Numbered from the stretch's first letter, positions 24,290 to 33,741 are shown. The stretch: DNA of 38,309 bases from Minisyncoccota bacterium (GCA_028687085.1 JAQUAU010000001.1:1-38309); one strand, 5' to 3'. The notes: generated by a model from the letters alone, not told the origin. A program made the numbers and translations.

Positions 24290-24667
24290 ATGATTACCTG
24301 GACCATTGAATTCTTCGACAAGCTCGAAGACAAGATACGCATCGCGCTCAGCCATCGCCCGATCTCCTACGCGATTATCGGCGGCGTCGGCATTATCCTC
24401 TTCTGGAAGGGTGTGTGGGAGACCGCCGAATATTTCCCGATGCTCTTCGGTCCGGCCTCAGCTATTCTCGGTGTCGTGATACTGCTGCTTACGGGACTCA
24501 TGGTCTCGTTCTTCGTCGGCGACAGCATTATCCTCTCAGGCGTCAATCGAGAGAAGAAGCTGGTAGAGAAGACCGAGGGCGAGGTGCGTTCTGAATGGGA
24601 TGTAGATAAACACATCTTGAAGAAGCTCGAAGATATCGAAGCAGAGTTGAAGAAGATGCAGGAGTAG
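24290..24667 (+). CDS. Membrane protein (125 aa, 2 TM plus a charged C-terminal helix)
   Basis: ORF with TACTAT 6 nt before the ATG. No family recognised. Confidence 0.5.
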   Translation: MITWTIEFFDKLEDKIRIALSHRPISYAIIGGVGIILFWKGVWETAEYFPMLFGPASAILGVVILLLTGLMVSFFVGDSIILSGVNREKKLVEKTEGEVRSEWDVDKHILKKLEDIEAELKKMQE

Positions 24668-24710
24668 GCGCTGCATATGCACCTGCGCATCGGCTGATAC
24701 GATAGAAGAA

Positions 24711-24926
24711 ATGAAACCTACAGAGACGCATCGTCGTTCACTCACAAAGTCGGTCAGCTATCGCGTGCTCAGTCTCAGCGTCGATGCGTGTGTCGCTTAT
24801 TTTTTTACTCGCGACGTCGCGCTCTCGGCCGGCATCGTGATTCTCGTCAACGCCTATAGCACCTTTCTCTACTACTTCCACGAGCGCATCTGGGCGCACG
24901 TTCGCTGGGGCCGCCAGCCGAACTAA
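24711..24926 (+). CDS. DUF2061-domain membrane protein
   Basis: ETHRRSLTKSVSYRV...TFLYYFHERIWAHVRWG matches the DUF2061 pattern. Confidence 0.65.
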   Translation: MKPTETHRRSLTKSVSYRVLSLSVDACVAYFFTRDVALSAGIVILVNAYSTFLYYFHERIWAHVRWGRQPN

Positions 24927-25634
24927 CTACTTCATCCCAATGTGGGCGAGAAAGGTGGCGAGCTCATCGCCCTCGATGGCGCGCCACTCGCCCGGCTCGA
25001 TGCCGTCGAGTCGGATATTTAAAATGCGCACGCGCTCGAGCTCCTGGACCGTGTTGTGCATCGCAGAGACCATGCGGCGTATCTGATGTTTCTTGCCCTC
25101 GGTCAGCGTGATATTGAAACTCTTCGGCCCTGTCTTGCGCACCACGCAGGGTGCCGTGAGATAGCCCTCGATGTTGACGCCCGCCTCCATCACCTTCTTG
25201 AAGCTCTCGCGCAAGGGCTCGCTCACGCGCACCCGATACTCCTTGTCGTGCTCGTAGTTCGGCGAGAGCAAGCGGTCGGTCACGCGGCCGTCGTTGGTGA
25301 GGATGATAAGCCCGCTCGAATCCTTGTCGAGGCGGCCGACCGGGAACACGTCCTTGGGGAGCGAGACGCTCTGCTTGATGTCCTTTTCTCCCATCTGCGG
25401 CGAGTGGGTGATAACGCCGACCGGCTTGTGGTAGGCGAAGTAGAGATACTTTTTGGTCGAACCGCCGCCGCGCATCTCGACCTTGTCGCCCTTTTGTACC
25501 TTGTCGCCAAGAAGGGCGACACGGCCATTAATAAGCACCTTTCCTCGAGCGATCATCTCGTCGGCGCCTCGGCGCGTCGAAATACCCTCGTGGGCGAGGT
25601 ACTTATTGATGCGCATCGGATACTCATTTTCCAT
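24927..25634 (-). CDS. Pseudouridine synthase, RsuA/RluB family (S4 domain + catalytic domain)
   Basis: MRINKYLAHEGISTRRGADEMIARGKVLINGRV forms the S4 domain. The catalytic Asp motif is VGRLDKDSSGLIILTNDG. Confidence 0.85.
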   Translation of the reverse strand: MENEYPMRINKYLAHEGISTRRGADEMIARGKVLINGRVALLGDKVQKGDKVEMRGGGSTKKYLYFAYHKPVGVITHSPQMGEKDIKQSVSLPKDVFPVGRLDKDSSGLIILTNDGRVTDRLLSPNYEHDKEYRVRVSEPLRESFKKVMEAGVNIEGYLTAPCVVRKTGPKSFNITLTEGKKHQIRRMVSAMHNTVQELERVRILNIRLDGIEPGEWRAIEGDELATFLAHIGMK

Positions 25635-25685
25635 CTCGGCACTATACGACTATTTTCGTTGGTAATCCAACGAGCAAATAGAAGT

Positions 25686-25727
25686 GCCGAAAATGAGCAC
25701 ATTTTCGGCCTGGCTTTTCAATTATTA
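25686..25727 (+). promoter_or_regulatory. Leader hairpin overlapping an 11-codon uORF upstream of the ABC-F gene (possible attenuator)
   Basis: Perfect 10-bp stem GCCGAAAATG-agca-CATTTTCGGC at 25686..25709. A uORF at 25692..25727 encodes MSTFSAWLFNY. Confidence 0.3.
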
Positions 25728-25750
25728 GCGAAATAGGTTAGGGTGAGCAG

Positions 25751-27211
25751 ATGGCCAAAGAAGAAAGCGTTATACGCTTCGAAGAAGTGTCGTTTGAATA
25801 CGGGCACAACAAACCGATCCTCGAGGAGGTAGACTTCGCGCTGCGCCGCGGGATGAAGATGGCCGTGATGGGCCAGAACGGCGCGGGGAAGTCGACCCTC
25901 TTTAGCTTGATGACCGGCGAACGCAAGCCCGAGAGCGGCGAGATACACGTGAGCCACGGTATGAAAGTCTCGATAGCGGCGCAGGTGATCCCGCGCGAGA
26001 AGATGGACCTCACCGTGCGTGACTTCTTCTCTTCTTATTTTGACAAAAAGGTATACGACATCGACCCGAAGATTGATGCCGTGCTCGAGGTGGTGAACCT
26101 GAAAGGTCATGAGAAACTGCATGACCGAACGGTAAAGAGCTTCTCGGGCGGACAGCAGGCGCGGCTCCTTCTCGCCTCGGCACTTATCCAAGACCCAGAC
26201 CTCCTGCTTCTCGATGAGCCGACGAACAATCTCGACAAGGCCGGTATCGAGCACCTCACTAAGTTTCTCGTGGACTATTCCGGCACCTGCGTCGTGATCT
26301 CGCACGATGCAGAGTTCCTCAACGCGTTTACGACCGGCGTCCTCTATCTCGACGTCTTCACCCGTAAGATCGAGCAGTACCCGGGCAACTATCACGACGT
26401 GCAGCGGGATATCCTGATGCGCATCGACAAAGAGAACCGCAAGAACGCCCAGCTCGAGAAGAAGATTCAAGAAAATAAAGACAAGGCGAACTTCTTTGCG
26501 CAGAAGGGCGGCAAGATGCGCCTCGTCGCCAAGAAGATGCGCACCGAGGTCGAGGAGATGGAGGAGGCGAAGGTGGATGTGCGCAAAGAGGATAAGACTA
26601 TCCGCCCCTTCATCATCCCCGCACAAGAAGAGTTAAGTGGTGTCCTCTTCGAGCTCAGCTCCTACACAATCCCGCACGGTAAGAAGCCTTTAGTAAAGAA
26701 GGCGCGCGTCTCGCTGCGCAAAAACGAGCACCTCTTGCTTAAAGGTCCAAACGGTATCGGCAAGAGCACACTCCTGGAGGCGATCGCGAAAGGGGTCGCC
26801 GAGGGGGCGACGATAAGCGAGGGAGTGAAGGTCGGGTACTATCGCCAAGACTTCTCGACGCTCGACTTCGAACAGACGGTCTTTGATGCGCTCATGAACG
26901 TTATGGGACAACCAGATGAGAAGCGATTGCGCTCGGTGGCCGCGAGCTTCCTTATCACAGGCGACACGATCTATATGAAGATCGGCAGCCTCTCAGAAGG
27001 GCAGAAGGGCTTGGTTGCCTTTGCCTCGCTCGTCTTGGAGCGGCCCGGGCTCCTGATCCTCGACGAGCCGACCAACCACATCAACTTTCGTCATCTGCCG
27101 AGCATCGCCACAGCGCTCGACCAGTATGCCGGGGCGATGATCCTCGTCTCGCACGTGCCCGAATTCGTCGCCCAAATCCGTATCGACGAGATCCTCGACT
27201 TGGAGAAATGA
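25751..27211 (+). CDS. ABC-F family ATPase (two tandem ABC domains, no TM domain)
   Basis: Two Walker A motifs (GQNGAGKST, GPNGIGKST), two signatures (FSGGQQAR, LSEGQKG), and a charged inter-domain linker (KENRKNAQLEKKIQENKDKANFF...). Confidence 0.85.
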   Translation: MAKEESVIRFEEVSFEYGHNKPILEEVDFALRRGMKMAVMGQNGAGKSTLFSLMTGERKPESGEIHVSHGMKVSIAAQVIPREKMDLTVRDFFSSYFDKKVYDIDPKIDAVLEVVNLKGHEKLHDRTVKSFSGGQQARLLLASALIQDPDLLLLDEPTNNLDKAGIEHLTKFLVDYSGTCVVISHDAEFLNAFTTGVLYLDVFTRKIEQYPGNYHDVQRDILMRIDKENRKNAQLEKKIQENKDKANFFAQKGGKMRLVAKKMRTEVEEMEEAKVDVRKEDKTIRPFIIPAQEELSGVLFELSSYTIPHGKKPLVKKARVSLRKNEHLLLKGPNGIGKSTLLEAIAKGVAEGATISEGVKVGYYRQDFSTLDFEQTVFDALMNVMGQPDEKRLRSVAASFLITGDTIYMKIGSLSEGQKGLVAFASLVLERPGLLILDEPTNHINFRHLPSIATALDQYAGAMILVSHVPEFVAQIRIDEILDLEK

Positions 27212-27216
27212 ACGAC

Positions 27217-27681
27217 CTACCTTTTTTGAAGGATCAATGGAGTTGCGTACAAAACACCCAGGGTCAATAACAGTGTCACAACAATTATAAAAGATTTAGA
27301 AAGACCACCAGAGGCATTTTTACCCGTTCCATAGAAAAATTGAAGAAGGGCTCCAATTGCAGCAAAACAGAGCATAATAATTACGAATAATGTTGGAGTG
27401 AATGTGTTGTTAAACATCAACTCAAAGAATGGAATCGAAGAAAACATAATCAAAACCATAACAATAAAGAACACCAAAACAGCTCCCATTAACCGGTCTA
27501 TGATCGTCTCTTGGCCAGGCGCTGGAAATTCGTTTCGAAATCGTTGATGAGTTGCCGCTCCTCCCACGCAGCCAGCAATAATCAGAAGTATTATTTGGAG
27601 AGGTTGGTTAAGTCTGAGGGCGACTACAATAAGGACGGTTGCAATCAGCCAAAGGGTATTTGCCCGTGTCCAAAGTTTCAT
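27217..27681 (-). CDS. AT-rich hypothetical membrane protein (154 aa, 4-5 TM)
   Basis: Hydrophobic ORF whose composition differs clearly from its neighbours. Confidence 0.5.
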   Translation of the reverse strand: MKLWTRANTLWLIATVLIVVALRLNQPLQIILLIIAGCVGGAATHQRFRNEFPAPGQETIIDRLMGAVLVFFIVMVLIMFSSIPFFELMFNNTFTPTLFVIIMLCFAAIGALLQFFYGTGKNASGGLSKSFIIVVTLLLTLGVLYATPLILQKR

Positions 27682-27764
27682 ATTGCTAGAACAATAACAT
27701 TAGTATAAAGGTCAGAATATCAAATATCCCCAATGAGCAGCGTGAATTATTCCCACTGCTCGCA

Positions 27765-27818
27765 CCGGAATTTGTGGCGCAGATACGCATTGACGAGATA
27801 CTCGATCTAGAAAAATAA
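27765..27818 (+). pseudogene. Orphan fragment: second copy of the last 17 codons plus stop of an ABC-F gene
   Basis: It translates to PEFVAQIRIDEILDLEK*, identical to the C-terminus encoded at 27158..27211. 14 of 54 nt differ, all at synonymous positions or in the stop codon. Confidence 0.75.
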
Positions 27819-27828
27819 GGTCCGAGAA

Positions 27829-28398
27829 TCAGAATGATCGTGCGATGAGGCCGATCGCGACGATACCGAGAAAGTTGAAGACAAACGAGAGCAGGGCGAA
27901 GAAGCGCACGCGCATCTTCGAGAAGCCGAGGACGGCGATGCCGAGTTCGTCGGGCAAGGGAGAGGCGAGGATGAATCCGCCGACGAAGAACGTAATCCAC
28001 CTGAAGAAGCGGCGCTTGAACAAGAGATGAAAGCGCCGCCAGATGCTCTCGTGCATCAATATCTCGGACACATGCTCCGAGAAGCGGTCGCGGACGAATC
28101 GAAAGATGATAAGGTCGCCGATCACCGCTCCCACCGCTCCGAAGAGCGCCGTGCTCCAGATGCCCTGCAGGAGCGATATCTCTCCGAGAGCTGCGATGGC
28201 GGGGGCTGTCGTGAAGATGGAGGTGAAGAATGAGCCGGCGATGAAGGCGCCCCAGATCCCTTTCTCTCCTGAGGCCGCAAGGAGGCCGCTGAGCGCACTG
28301 GTGCGCACCAGGAGCACGGCGATGAGCACGCTGAGCACCACAAGACCGATGTCCTGCAGAATGTGGTTCTCGCCGTTGTTCCGTCTCTTCGTTTTCAT
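27829..28398 (-). CDS. Membrane protein, possibly DedA/VTT (TVP38-like) family
   Basis: 189 aa with about 5 TMs and a PLPDELG motif. TACACT lies 7 nt before the ATG on the minus strand. Confidence 0.4.
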   Translation of the reverse strand: MKTKRRNNGENHILQDIGLVVLSVLIAVLLVRTSALSGLLAASGEKGIWGAFIAGSFFTSIFTTAPAIAALGEISLLQGIWSTALFGAVGAVIGDLIIFRFVRDRFSEHVSEILMHESIWRRFHLLFKRRFFRWITFFVGGFILASPLPDELGIAVLGFSKMRVRFFALLSFVFNFLGIVAIGLIARSF

Positions 28399-28448
28399 TT
28401 CGTACAGTGTACTGTATCTGCGACGTGCTACAATCCACCTCTATTTAC

Positions 28449-29225
28449 ATGACTGACCTCGCACTTGAAATTAATAATCTCGAGAAGACGTATGCCGGCG
28501 GTACACGGGCGCTGAATGGTGTCTCACTTGCCGTACCGCAAGGCGACTTCTTCGCCCTGCTTGGCCCCAACGGGGCGGGGAAGACGACGCTCATCGGCAT
28601 CGTGACCGGACTCGTGAACTCGACCGCAGGGACAGTCTCGGTATTCGGCATCGACGCCGCCCGCTCCCCGGAGCAATCGCGGGCGACTATCGGCCTCGTG
28701 CCGCAAGAGGTCAACGTGAATCCGTTTGAAAAGCCGCTCGATATTCTCGTCAATCAGGCGGGCTACTACGGCATCTCGCGCGCGGTCGCCGTCCCGCGCG
28801 CCAAGCAGATACTGAAAGACCTCGGGCTCCACGACAAAGGCGGTATGCCTTCTTCTCAGCTCTCGGGCGGGATGAAGCGCCGGCTTATGATTGCGCGCGG
28901 CATCATCCACGAGCCGAAACTGCTGATTCTGGACGAGCCGACGGCTGGTGTAGATGTGGAACTGCGCCGGAGCATGTGGGACTACCTCACCGGGCTCACG
29001 AAGAAGGGTGTCACCATTATCCTCACGACGCACTACCTCGAAGAGGCGGAACAGCTCGCCAAACACGTGGCGATAATCAACAAAGGAGACATCGTGGAGC
29101 AGGGGACGATGGAAGAAGTGCTCGCGAAGCACCCCTCGACTCCGCTCGGGGCAGGCGATGAGGGAAAGTACCGAGGGGGTAAATTGGAGGAAGTGTTCTT
29201 GAAGCTCACGCAGAATCCGACATGA
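28449..29225 (+). CDS. ABC-2-type exporter ATP-binding protein
   Basis: Walker A GPNGAGKTT, signature LSGGMKRR, Walker B LLILDEPT. TGCTACAAT lies 14 nt upstream. The stop overlaps the permease start. Confidence 0.85.
   Translation: MTDLALEINNLEKTYAGGTRALNGVSLAVPQGDFFALLGPNGAGKTTLIGIVTGLVNSTAGTVSVFGIDAARSPEQSRATIGLVPQEVNVNPFEKPLDILVNQAGYYGISRAVAVPRAKQILKDLGLHDKGGMPSSQLSGGMKRRLMIARGIIHEPKLLILDEPTAGVDVELRRSMWDYLTGLTKKGVTIILTTHYLEEAEQLAKHVAIINKGDIVEQGTMEEVLAKHPSTPLGAGDEGKYRGGKLEEVFLKLTQNPT
29131..29158 (+). repeat. 28-nt element ACCCCTCGACTCCGCTCGGGGCAGGCGA inside the ABC ATPase gene (encodes PSTPLGAG)
   Basis: Identical to 32541..32568 inside cfa and read in the same frame. Confidence 0.85.
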
Positions 29226-29998
29226 CATACTACCAAAAATGGATTTCGTTCTACACCATCGTCCGCAAAGACGTCTTGCGCATGTTCCGTATCTGGGCGC
29301 AGACATTCCTTCCGTCGGTCGTGACCTCAGCGCTCTACTTTCTCGTGTTCGGCGCGTTTCTCGGTTCTAAGATAGGGGAGGTACAGGGCGTACCGTACGT
29401 GATGTTCGTCGTGCCGGGTCTCGTAATGCTCGCAGTCATTACCAATGCATATGCGAACACCTCGTTCGTGATGTTCTCTGCGAAGTTCTTCGGGCGCAAC
29501 ATCGACGAGATCCTCGTCTCGCCGACGCCGCCGTGGGTGCTCGTCTCCGGATACGTCGCGGGCGGCGTCATCCGCGGCGTACTTATCGGGCTCATCGTCC
29601 TCTCGGTGTCGCTCTTTTTCACTCACCTCACGATTCACAGCCTGTTTGTCGTCGTCGCGTTCCTCGTCCTCACGAGTATCGTCTTCGCGCTCGCCGGGCT
29701 GGTCAACGGCGTCTACGCGAAATCGATTGACGGCATCAACATCGTCCCGACCTTCGTCCTCACGCCGCTCGTGTACCTGGGCGGGGTGTTCTACTCGGCC
29801 GATGCCTTGCCGGGCATCTGGGGCACGATTACCAAATTCGACCCGGTCTTCTACGTCATCAACGGCTTCCGCTACGGCTTCCTCGGCACCTCGGATGTCC
29901 CACTCCTTCTCTCTTTCGGCGTCCTCGCCGCCTTCGCACTCGTCTTCTTCGGCATCGCCTGGTACCTCATCCGCACCGGCCTCGGCCTGCGCCAATGA
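29222..29998 (+). CDS. ABC-2-type transporter permease
   Basis: 258 aa with 6 TMs, translationally coupled to the ATPase by an ATGA overlap. Confidence 0.8.
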   Translation: MTYYQKWISFYTIVRKDVLRMFRIWAQTFLPSVVTSALYFLVFGAFLGSKIGEVQGVPYVMFVVPGLVMLAVITNAYANTSFVMFSAKFFGRNIDEILVSPTPPWVLVSGYVAGGVIRGVLIGLIVLSVSLFFTHLTIHSLFVVVAFLVLTSIVFALAGLVNGVYAKSIDGINIVPTFVLTPLVYLGGVFYSADALPGIWGTITKFDPVFYVINGFRYGFLGTSDVPLLLSFGVLAAFALVFFGIAWYLIRTGLGLRQ

Positions 29999-30063
29999 AA
30001 CGTTGCACATAAGACGTAATTGTTGTATATTGAACGCATAGCCCACGGGCATTTTTTATTTTT

Positions 30064-31860
30064 ATGGAAATCAGGAACATCGCTATCATCGCGCACGTCG
30101 ACCACGGTAAGACGGCCCTTACCGACGCCATCCTCAAGCAGACAGGAGCGGTGAAGGAGGGGACGACGATGGACTCTAACGCGCTCGAGCTCGAGCGCGG
30201 CATCACTATCTACGCCAAGAACGCGGCGGTGGAGTACAAGGGCACCAAGATCAATATCGTCGACACGCCAGGTCACGCCGACTTCGGCAGCGAGGTCGAG
30301 CGCGTCTTGCGCTCGATCGACTCGGTCTTGCTCGTCGTTGATGCACAAGAAGGGCCGATGCCGCAGACGCGCTTCGTCTTGAAGAAGTCGCTCGACCTCG
30401 GGCTGAAGCCCATCGTCGTCCTCAATAAGATCGACAAGCCGGCCGCCGACCCGGCGCGTTCGCATGATCAGGTGCTCGAACTCTTTATGGAGCTCGGCGC
30501 TTCAGACGAGCAGTGCGACTTCCCGGTGGTGTATGCAATCGGCCGCGACGGCCGTGCGTCACTTAGTCCCGATGATCTGTTGATGGGTGATGAAAAGGAT
30601 CTCTCACCGCTTCTCGACCTTATCCTCGAGAAGGTCCCGCCGGCAAACGAAAACGCATCGGCTGAAGCGCCCCTTATGCTCCAGCCGTTTAACCTCGCCT
30701 ACGACAACTTCATGGGCCGACTCGCCGTGGGCCGCATCTACGAGGGTACCGTTCGCCCCAACCAAACGGTCTTCATCAAGAAGCCAGACGGCACAACGCG
30801 CACCGGCCGCACGACAAAGATATTCACCTTTAAGGGTCTCGAGCGCGTTGAGACTCCCGAGGCGAGCGCCGGCGACATCGCGCTCATCGCCGGATTGCCC
30901 GACATTTACATCGGCGAGACAGTGACGACGAACGAGTCGGCCGCTCCCTTGCCGGCCATCGCCGTGGACGAGCCGACCATTGCGCTCAACTTCTTGGTGA
31001 ACAACTCGCCCTTTGCCGGCCGAGAAGGGAAGTATGTGACCAGCCGCCAGATCCGCGACCGCCTCGAGAAGGAGCTCGAGGTGAACGTCGGGCTCAAAGT
31101 CGATTTCGATAAAACTGAAGTGTTCCATGTGAGCGGTCGCGGCGAGCTCCACATCGCTATTCTGCTTGAGAACATGCGTCGCGAGGGCTACGAGATGCAG
31201 GTCTCTCAGCCGCACGTCATTATCCGCGAGGAGAATGGCGTGAAGCTCGAGCCCTTTGAAGAGGTTATTATCGACACACCGTCTGAGTTTCAAGGCGCCA
31301 TCATCGAGAAGCTGGGTCAGCGCGCCTTCGTGCTCCAGAACCTTGCTCAGCACGGCAATATCGTGCGCCTCACACTCGTCGGCCCGACGCGCGGACTCCT
31401 CGGCTACCGCAACATTTTCATCATTGATACGAAGGGTGAGGGCATCCTCTCGTCGCGCGTGCTCGGCTTCCAGCCATACGCAGGTGAGATACGTCACCGC
31501 ATCGTGGGTTCGATGATCTCGATGGCGACGGGCAAGGCGCTCGGCTACTCGCTCTGGTATCTGCAGGATCGCGGTCAGCTCTACATCAAGCCGGCGACCG
31601 AGGTCTATGAGGGTATGGTGATCGGCAATACCTCTAAGGGCGAAGAGATGATGGCGAATCCAACCAAGGGCAAGAATCAGTCAAATGTCCGCTCCTCGGG
31701 CATGGATGAGGCGCTCACGCTGGTGCCGATATTCGACCTCACCATCGAACGCGCGATGGAGATCATGTCTGACGACGAATATCTGGAGATCACTCCGCTC
31801 TCGGTGCGCCTGCGCAAGCAGTACCTCACCGAAAACGATCGCGCCAAAGCCCGTCGCTAA
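30064..31860 (+). CDS. typA: Translational GTPase TypA/BipA
   Basis: [26 protein letters not shown] and NKID motifs. 598 aa with the EF-G-like domain order. Confidence 0.95.
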   Translation: MEIRNIAIIAHVDHGKTALTDAILKQTGAVKEGTTMDSNALELERGITIYAKNAAVEYKGTKINIVDTPGHADFGSEVERVLRSIDSVLLVVDAQEGPMPQTRFVLKKSLDLGLKPIVVLNKIDKPAADPARSHDQVLELFMELGASDEQCDFPVVYAIGRDGRASLSPDDLLMGDEKDLSPLLDLILEKVPPANENASAEAPLMLQPFNLAYDNFMGRLAVGRIYEGTVRPNQTVFIKKPDGTTRTGRTTKIFTFKGLERVETPEASAGDIALIAGLPDIYIGETVTTNESAAPLPAIAVDEPTIALNFLVNNSPFAGREGKYVTSRQIRDRLEKELEVNVGLKVDFDKTEVFHVSGRGELHIAILLENMRREGYEMQVSQPHVIIREENGVKLEPFEEVIIDTPSEFQGAIIEKLGQRAFVLQNLAQHGNIVRLTLVGPTRGLLGYRNIFIIDTKGEGILSSRVLGFQPYAGEIRHRIVGSMISMATGKALGYSLWYLQDRGQLYIKPATEVYEGMVIGNTSKGEEMMANPTKGKNQSNVRSSGMDEALTLVPIFDLTIERAMEIMSDDEYLEITPLSVRLRKQYLTENDRAKARR

Positions 31861-31884
31861 CCAAGTTGAACCTTATAGGGGTCT

Positions 31885-31893
31885 TGCTATAGT
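31885..31893 (+). promoter_or_regulatory. Extended -10 TGCTATAGT, 7 nt upstream of the cfa ATG
   Basis: Same TGCTAnnnT motif and spacing as at prfB and the 6786 gene. No SD is present. Confidence 0.45.
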
Positions 31894-31900
31894 GCGGTTT

Positions 31901-33040
31901 ATGGCGTCTGCACGGGCATTCGTGACGGAGCTTCTAAGGAAAGCTGATATTGAGATCGGCGGGAGTCGCCCGCAAGATATTCAGGTACACGACGAGCGGC
32001 TTTTTAATCGCGTGATTCGCTACGGCACACTCGGCCTCGGCGAAGCGTATATGGAAGGCTGGTGGGATTGTAAGGCGCTCGATGTGTTCATTCATCAGGT
32101 GCTCACCGCGCATCTTGAAAAAGAAATCAGGATTAACTTTGCGTCCGCTTTTACCGTTGCGAGAGCTTTCCTTCTTAATCTACAGACCAGTAATCGCGCT
32201 TTTAAGGTCGGCGAGGTGCATTACGATCTGGGGAATGATCTCTACGAGGCGATGCTCGATTCGCGGATGGTGTATACCTGCGGATACTGGAAAGATGCTA
32301 CGACACTTGATCAGGCACAAGAGGCGAAGCTCGACCTTGTCTGCAAGAAAATAGGACTCAAAAAAGGCGACCGTGTGCTCGATATCGGCTGCGGGTGGGG
32401 CAGCTTCGCGAAGTTTGCTGCTGAAAAGTATGGAGCGTCGGTCGTCGGCATTACCATTTCAAAAGAACAAGCAACGCTCGCGCGCGAGCTCTGCAAGGGA
32501 TTACCAGTTGAAATCCGCGTTCAAGATTATCGCGACGTGGACCCCTCGACTCCGCTCGGGGCAGGCGAGCAGTTCAATCGTATCGTCTCTTTGGGAATGT
32601 TCGAGCACGTGGGGGTGAAGAATTATCGCAAGTATTTCAAAGTTGCGAACCGATGTCTTAAAGAGGACGGACTCTTTCTTCTCCACACTATCGGGTATAA
32701 GTTTTCGCAGCTCACCAGCGACCCGTGGATAAACAAGTACATCTTCCCGGGCGGCGTGCTCCCATCCATCGCACAGATAGGGAAGGCGATCGAGGGGCTC
32801 TTCCTCGTCGAAGATTTGCACAACTTCGGCACTGACTATGACAAAACGCTGCTTGCGTGGTTTAAGAACTTTGACGTCGCATGGCCGAAGTTGAAAGAGA
32901 AATATGGAGAGCGGTTTTATCGGATGTGGAAGTATTATCTGCTCACCTGCGCGGGCGTTTTTCGCGCACGCGAGTCACAGCTCTGGCAGATCGTCCTCTC
33001 TAAAAACGGCGTCCCGGGCGGCTATACGAGCGTACGCTGA
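31901..33040 (+). CDS. cfa: Cyclopropane-fatty-acyl-phospholipid synthase
   Basis: VLDIGCGWG SAM motif, MFEHVG, DPWINKYIFPGG and YYLLTCAGVFRA. The 379-aa length matches Cfa. The ORF-track start at 31685 overlaps typA and was rejected. Confidence 0.9.
   Translation: MASARAFVTELLRKADIEIGGSRPQDIQVHDERLFNRVIRYGTLGLGEAYMEGWWDCKALDVFIHQVLTAHLEKEIRINFASAFTVARAFLLNLQTSNRAFKVGEVHYDLGNDLYEAMLDSRMVYTCGYWKDATTLDQAQEAKLDLVCKKIGLKKGDRVLDIGCGWGSFAKFAAEKYGASVVGITISKEQATLARELCKGLPVEIRVQDYRDVDPSTPLGAGEQFNRIVSLGMFEHVGVKNYRKYFKVANRCLKEDGLFLLHTIGYKFSQLTSDPWINKYIFPGGVLPSIAQIGKAIEGLFLVEDLHNFGTDYDKTLLAWFKNFDVAWPKLKEKYGERFYRMWKYYLLTCAGVFRARESQLWQIVLSKNGVPGGYTSVR
32541..32568 (+). repeat. Second copy of the 28-nt element, inside cfa
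   Basis: Identical to 29131..29158. It adds PSTPLGAG between DYRDVD and EQFNRIVS. Confidence 0.85.
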
Positions 33041-33111
33041 TTTTGGAAAAAGAAGAGAGCCGCAACCTTGGTTGCAGCCCTTTTGAATACGCGTGGGACA
33101 CGTCTGTAGAA

Positions 33112-33312
33112 TCACAGGTTCGGCACCACGGCGAGCCGCGCCAGATCAATCTCCGTTTGGCTCATCGTTTCGTTCTGCGCGGGAATTTCACCTGATCCCC
33201 CGCACTGCGTGCAGGTCTCATAGGAGCCCTCGACCTCTGGGCCATAGTCTTGTCCCTGAACAACTCCCGTTTGGATGAAGACACGGCCGTTCCTACATCT
33301 CGTGCATTGCAT
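33112..33312 (-). CDS. Small zinc-ribbon protein (66 aa)
   Basis: GAGGAG SD lies 6 nt before the internal ATG. Two CxxC pairs are present (CTRC, CTQCGGSG). Confidence 0.5.
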   Translation of the reverse strand: MQCTRCRNGRVFIQTGVVQGQDYGPEVEGSYETCTQCGGSGEIPAQNETMSQTEIDLARLAVVPNL

Positions 33313-33492
33313 CTCGATCTCCTCTTCGATTGAAGAACGTCGAACCACATCCGGACACCCGGCTAATTACAGGAGTTACATTACGTATAATTGCTTGCAA
33401 AGTCAACAGGACGGTGCATAAGGTCTCCATTGTTCGTACTCGTTGGTATTCTTGTATATAGGCCCGTTCACAACGCAATGAAGGAGGACAGC

Positions 33493-33633
33493 ATGGAGCT
33501 CTTAAAAAGAATTTTCGGCGGGATAGTCGCTTCGTTCGGGGTCTTTCTATTCCCCATGGACGAAGTGAATCCCAAGAGGGAATTGGACGAAGATCCGCAG
33601 ATAACGATACTGCGCGGAATCCCGTTCAATTGA
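33493..33633 (+). CDS. Small hypothetical membrane peptide (46 aa)
   Basis: AAGGAGG lies 5 nt before the ATG at 33493, and a terminator follows at 33667. Confidence 0.35.
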   Translation: MELLKRIFGGIVASFGVFLFPMDEVNPKRELDEDPQITILRGIPFN

Positions 33634-33666
33634 CGATACTGCGCGGAACCTTCTAACCCGCAAAGC

Positions 33667-33701
33667 AAAAAAGGGCCGCCTCACCGAGGCGGCCCTTTTT
33701 A
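33667..33701. terminator. Bidirectional intrinsic terminator
   Basis: AAAAAA-GGGCCGCCTC-acc-GAGGCGGCCC-TTTTTA: a 10-bp stem. Confidence 0.75.
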
Positions 33702-33741
33702 TTAGAACCCGCTCAAGCCATACACGAAAGGCTAAAGATGA

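Noticed and set aside
31685-31900. N-terminal 72-codon extension of the cfa ORF in the ORF track.
   Set aside because: It overlaps the 3' end of typA in another frame. The ATG at 31901 gives a Cfa-length protein and has a TGCTATAGT -10 element 7 nt upstream.
33604-33648. 16-nt direct repeat ACGATACTGCGCGGAA (33604..33619 and 33633..33648) straddling the stop codon of the small ORF 33493..33633.
   Set aside because: It looks like a local 29-nt slippage duplication at the end of a low-confidence ORF. It has no further copies and no obvious function.
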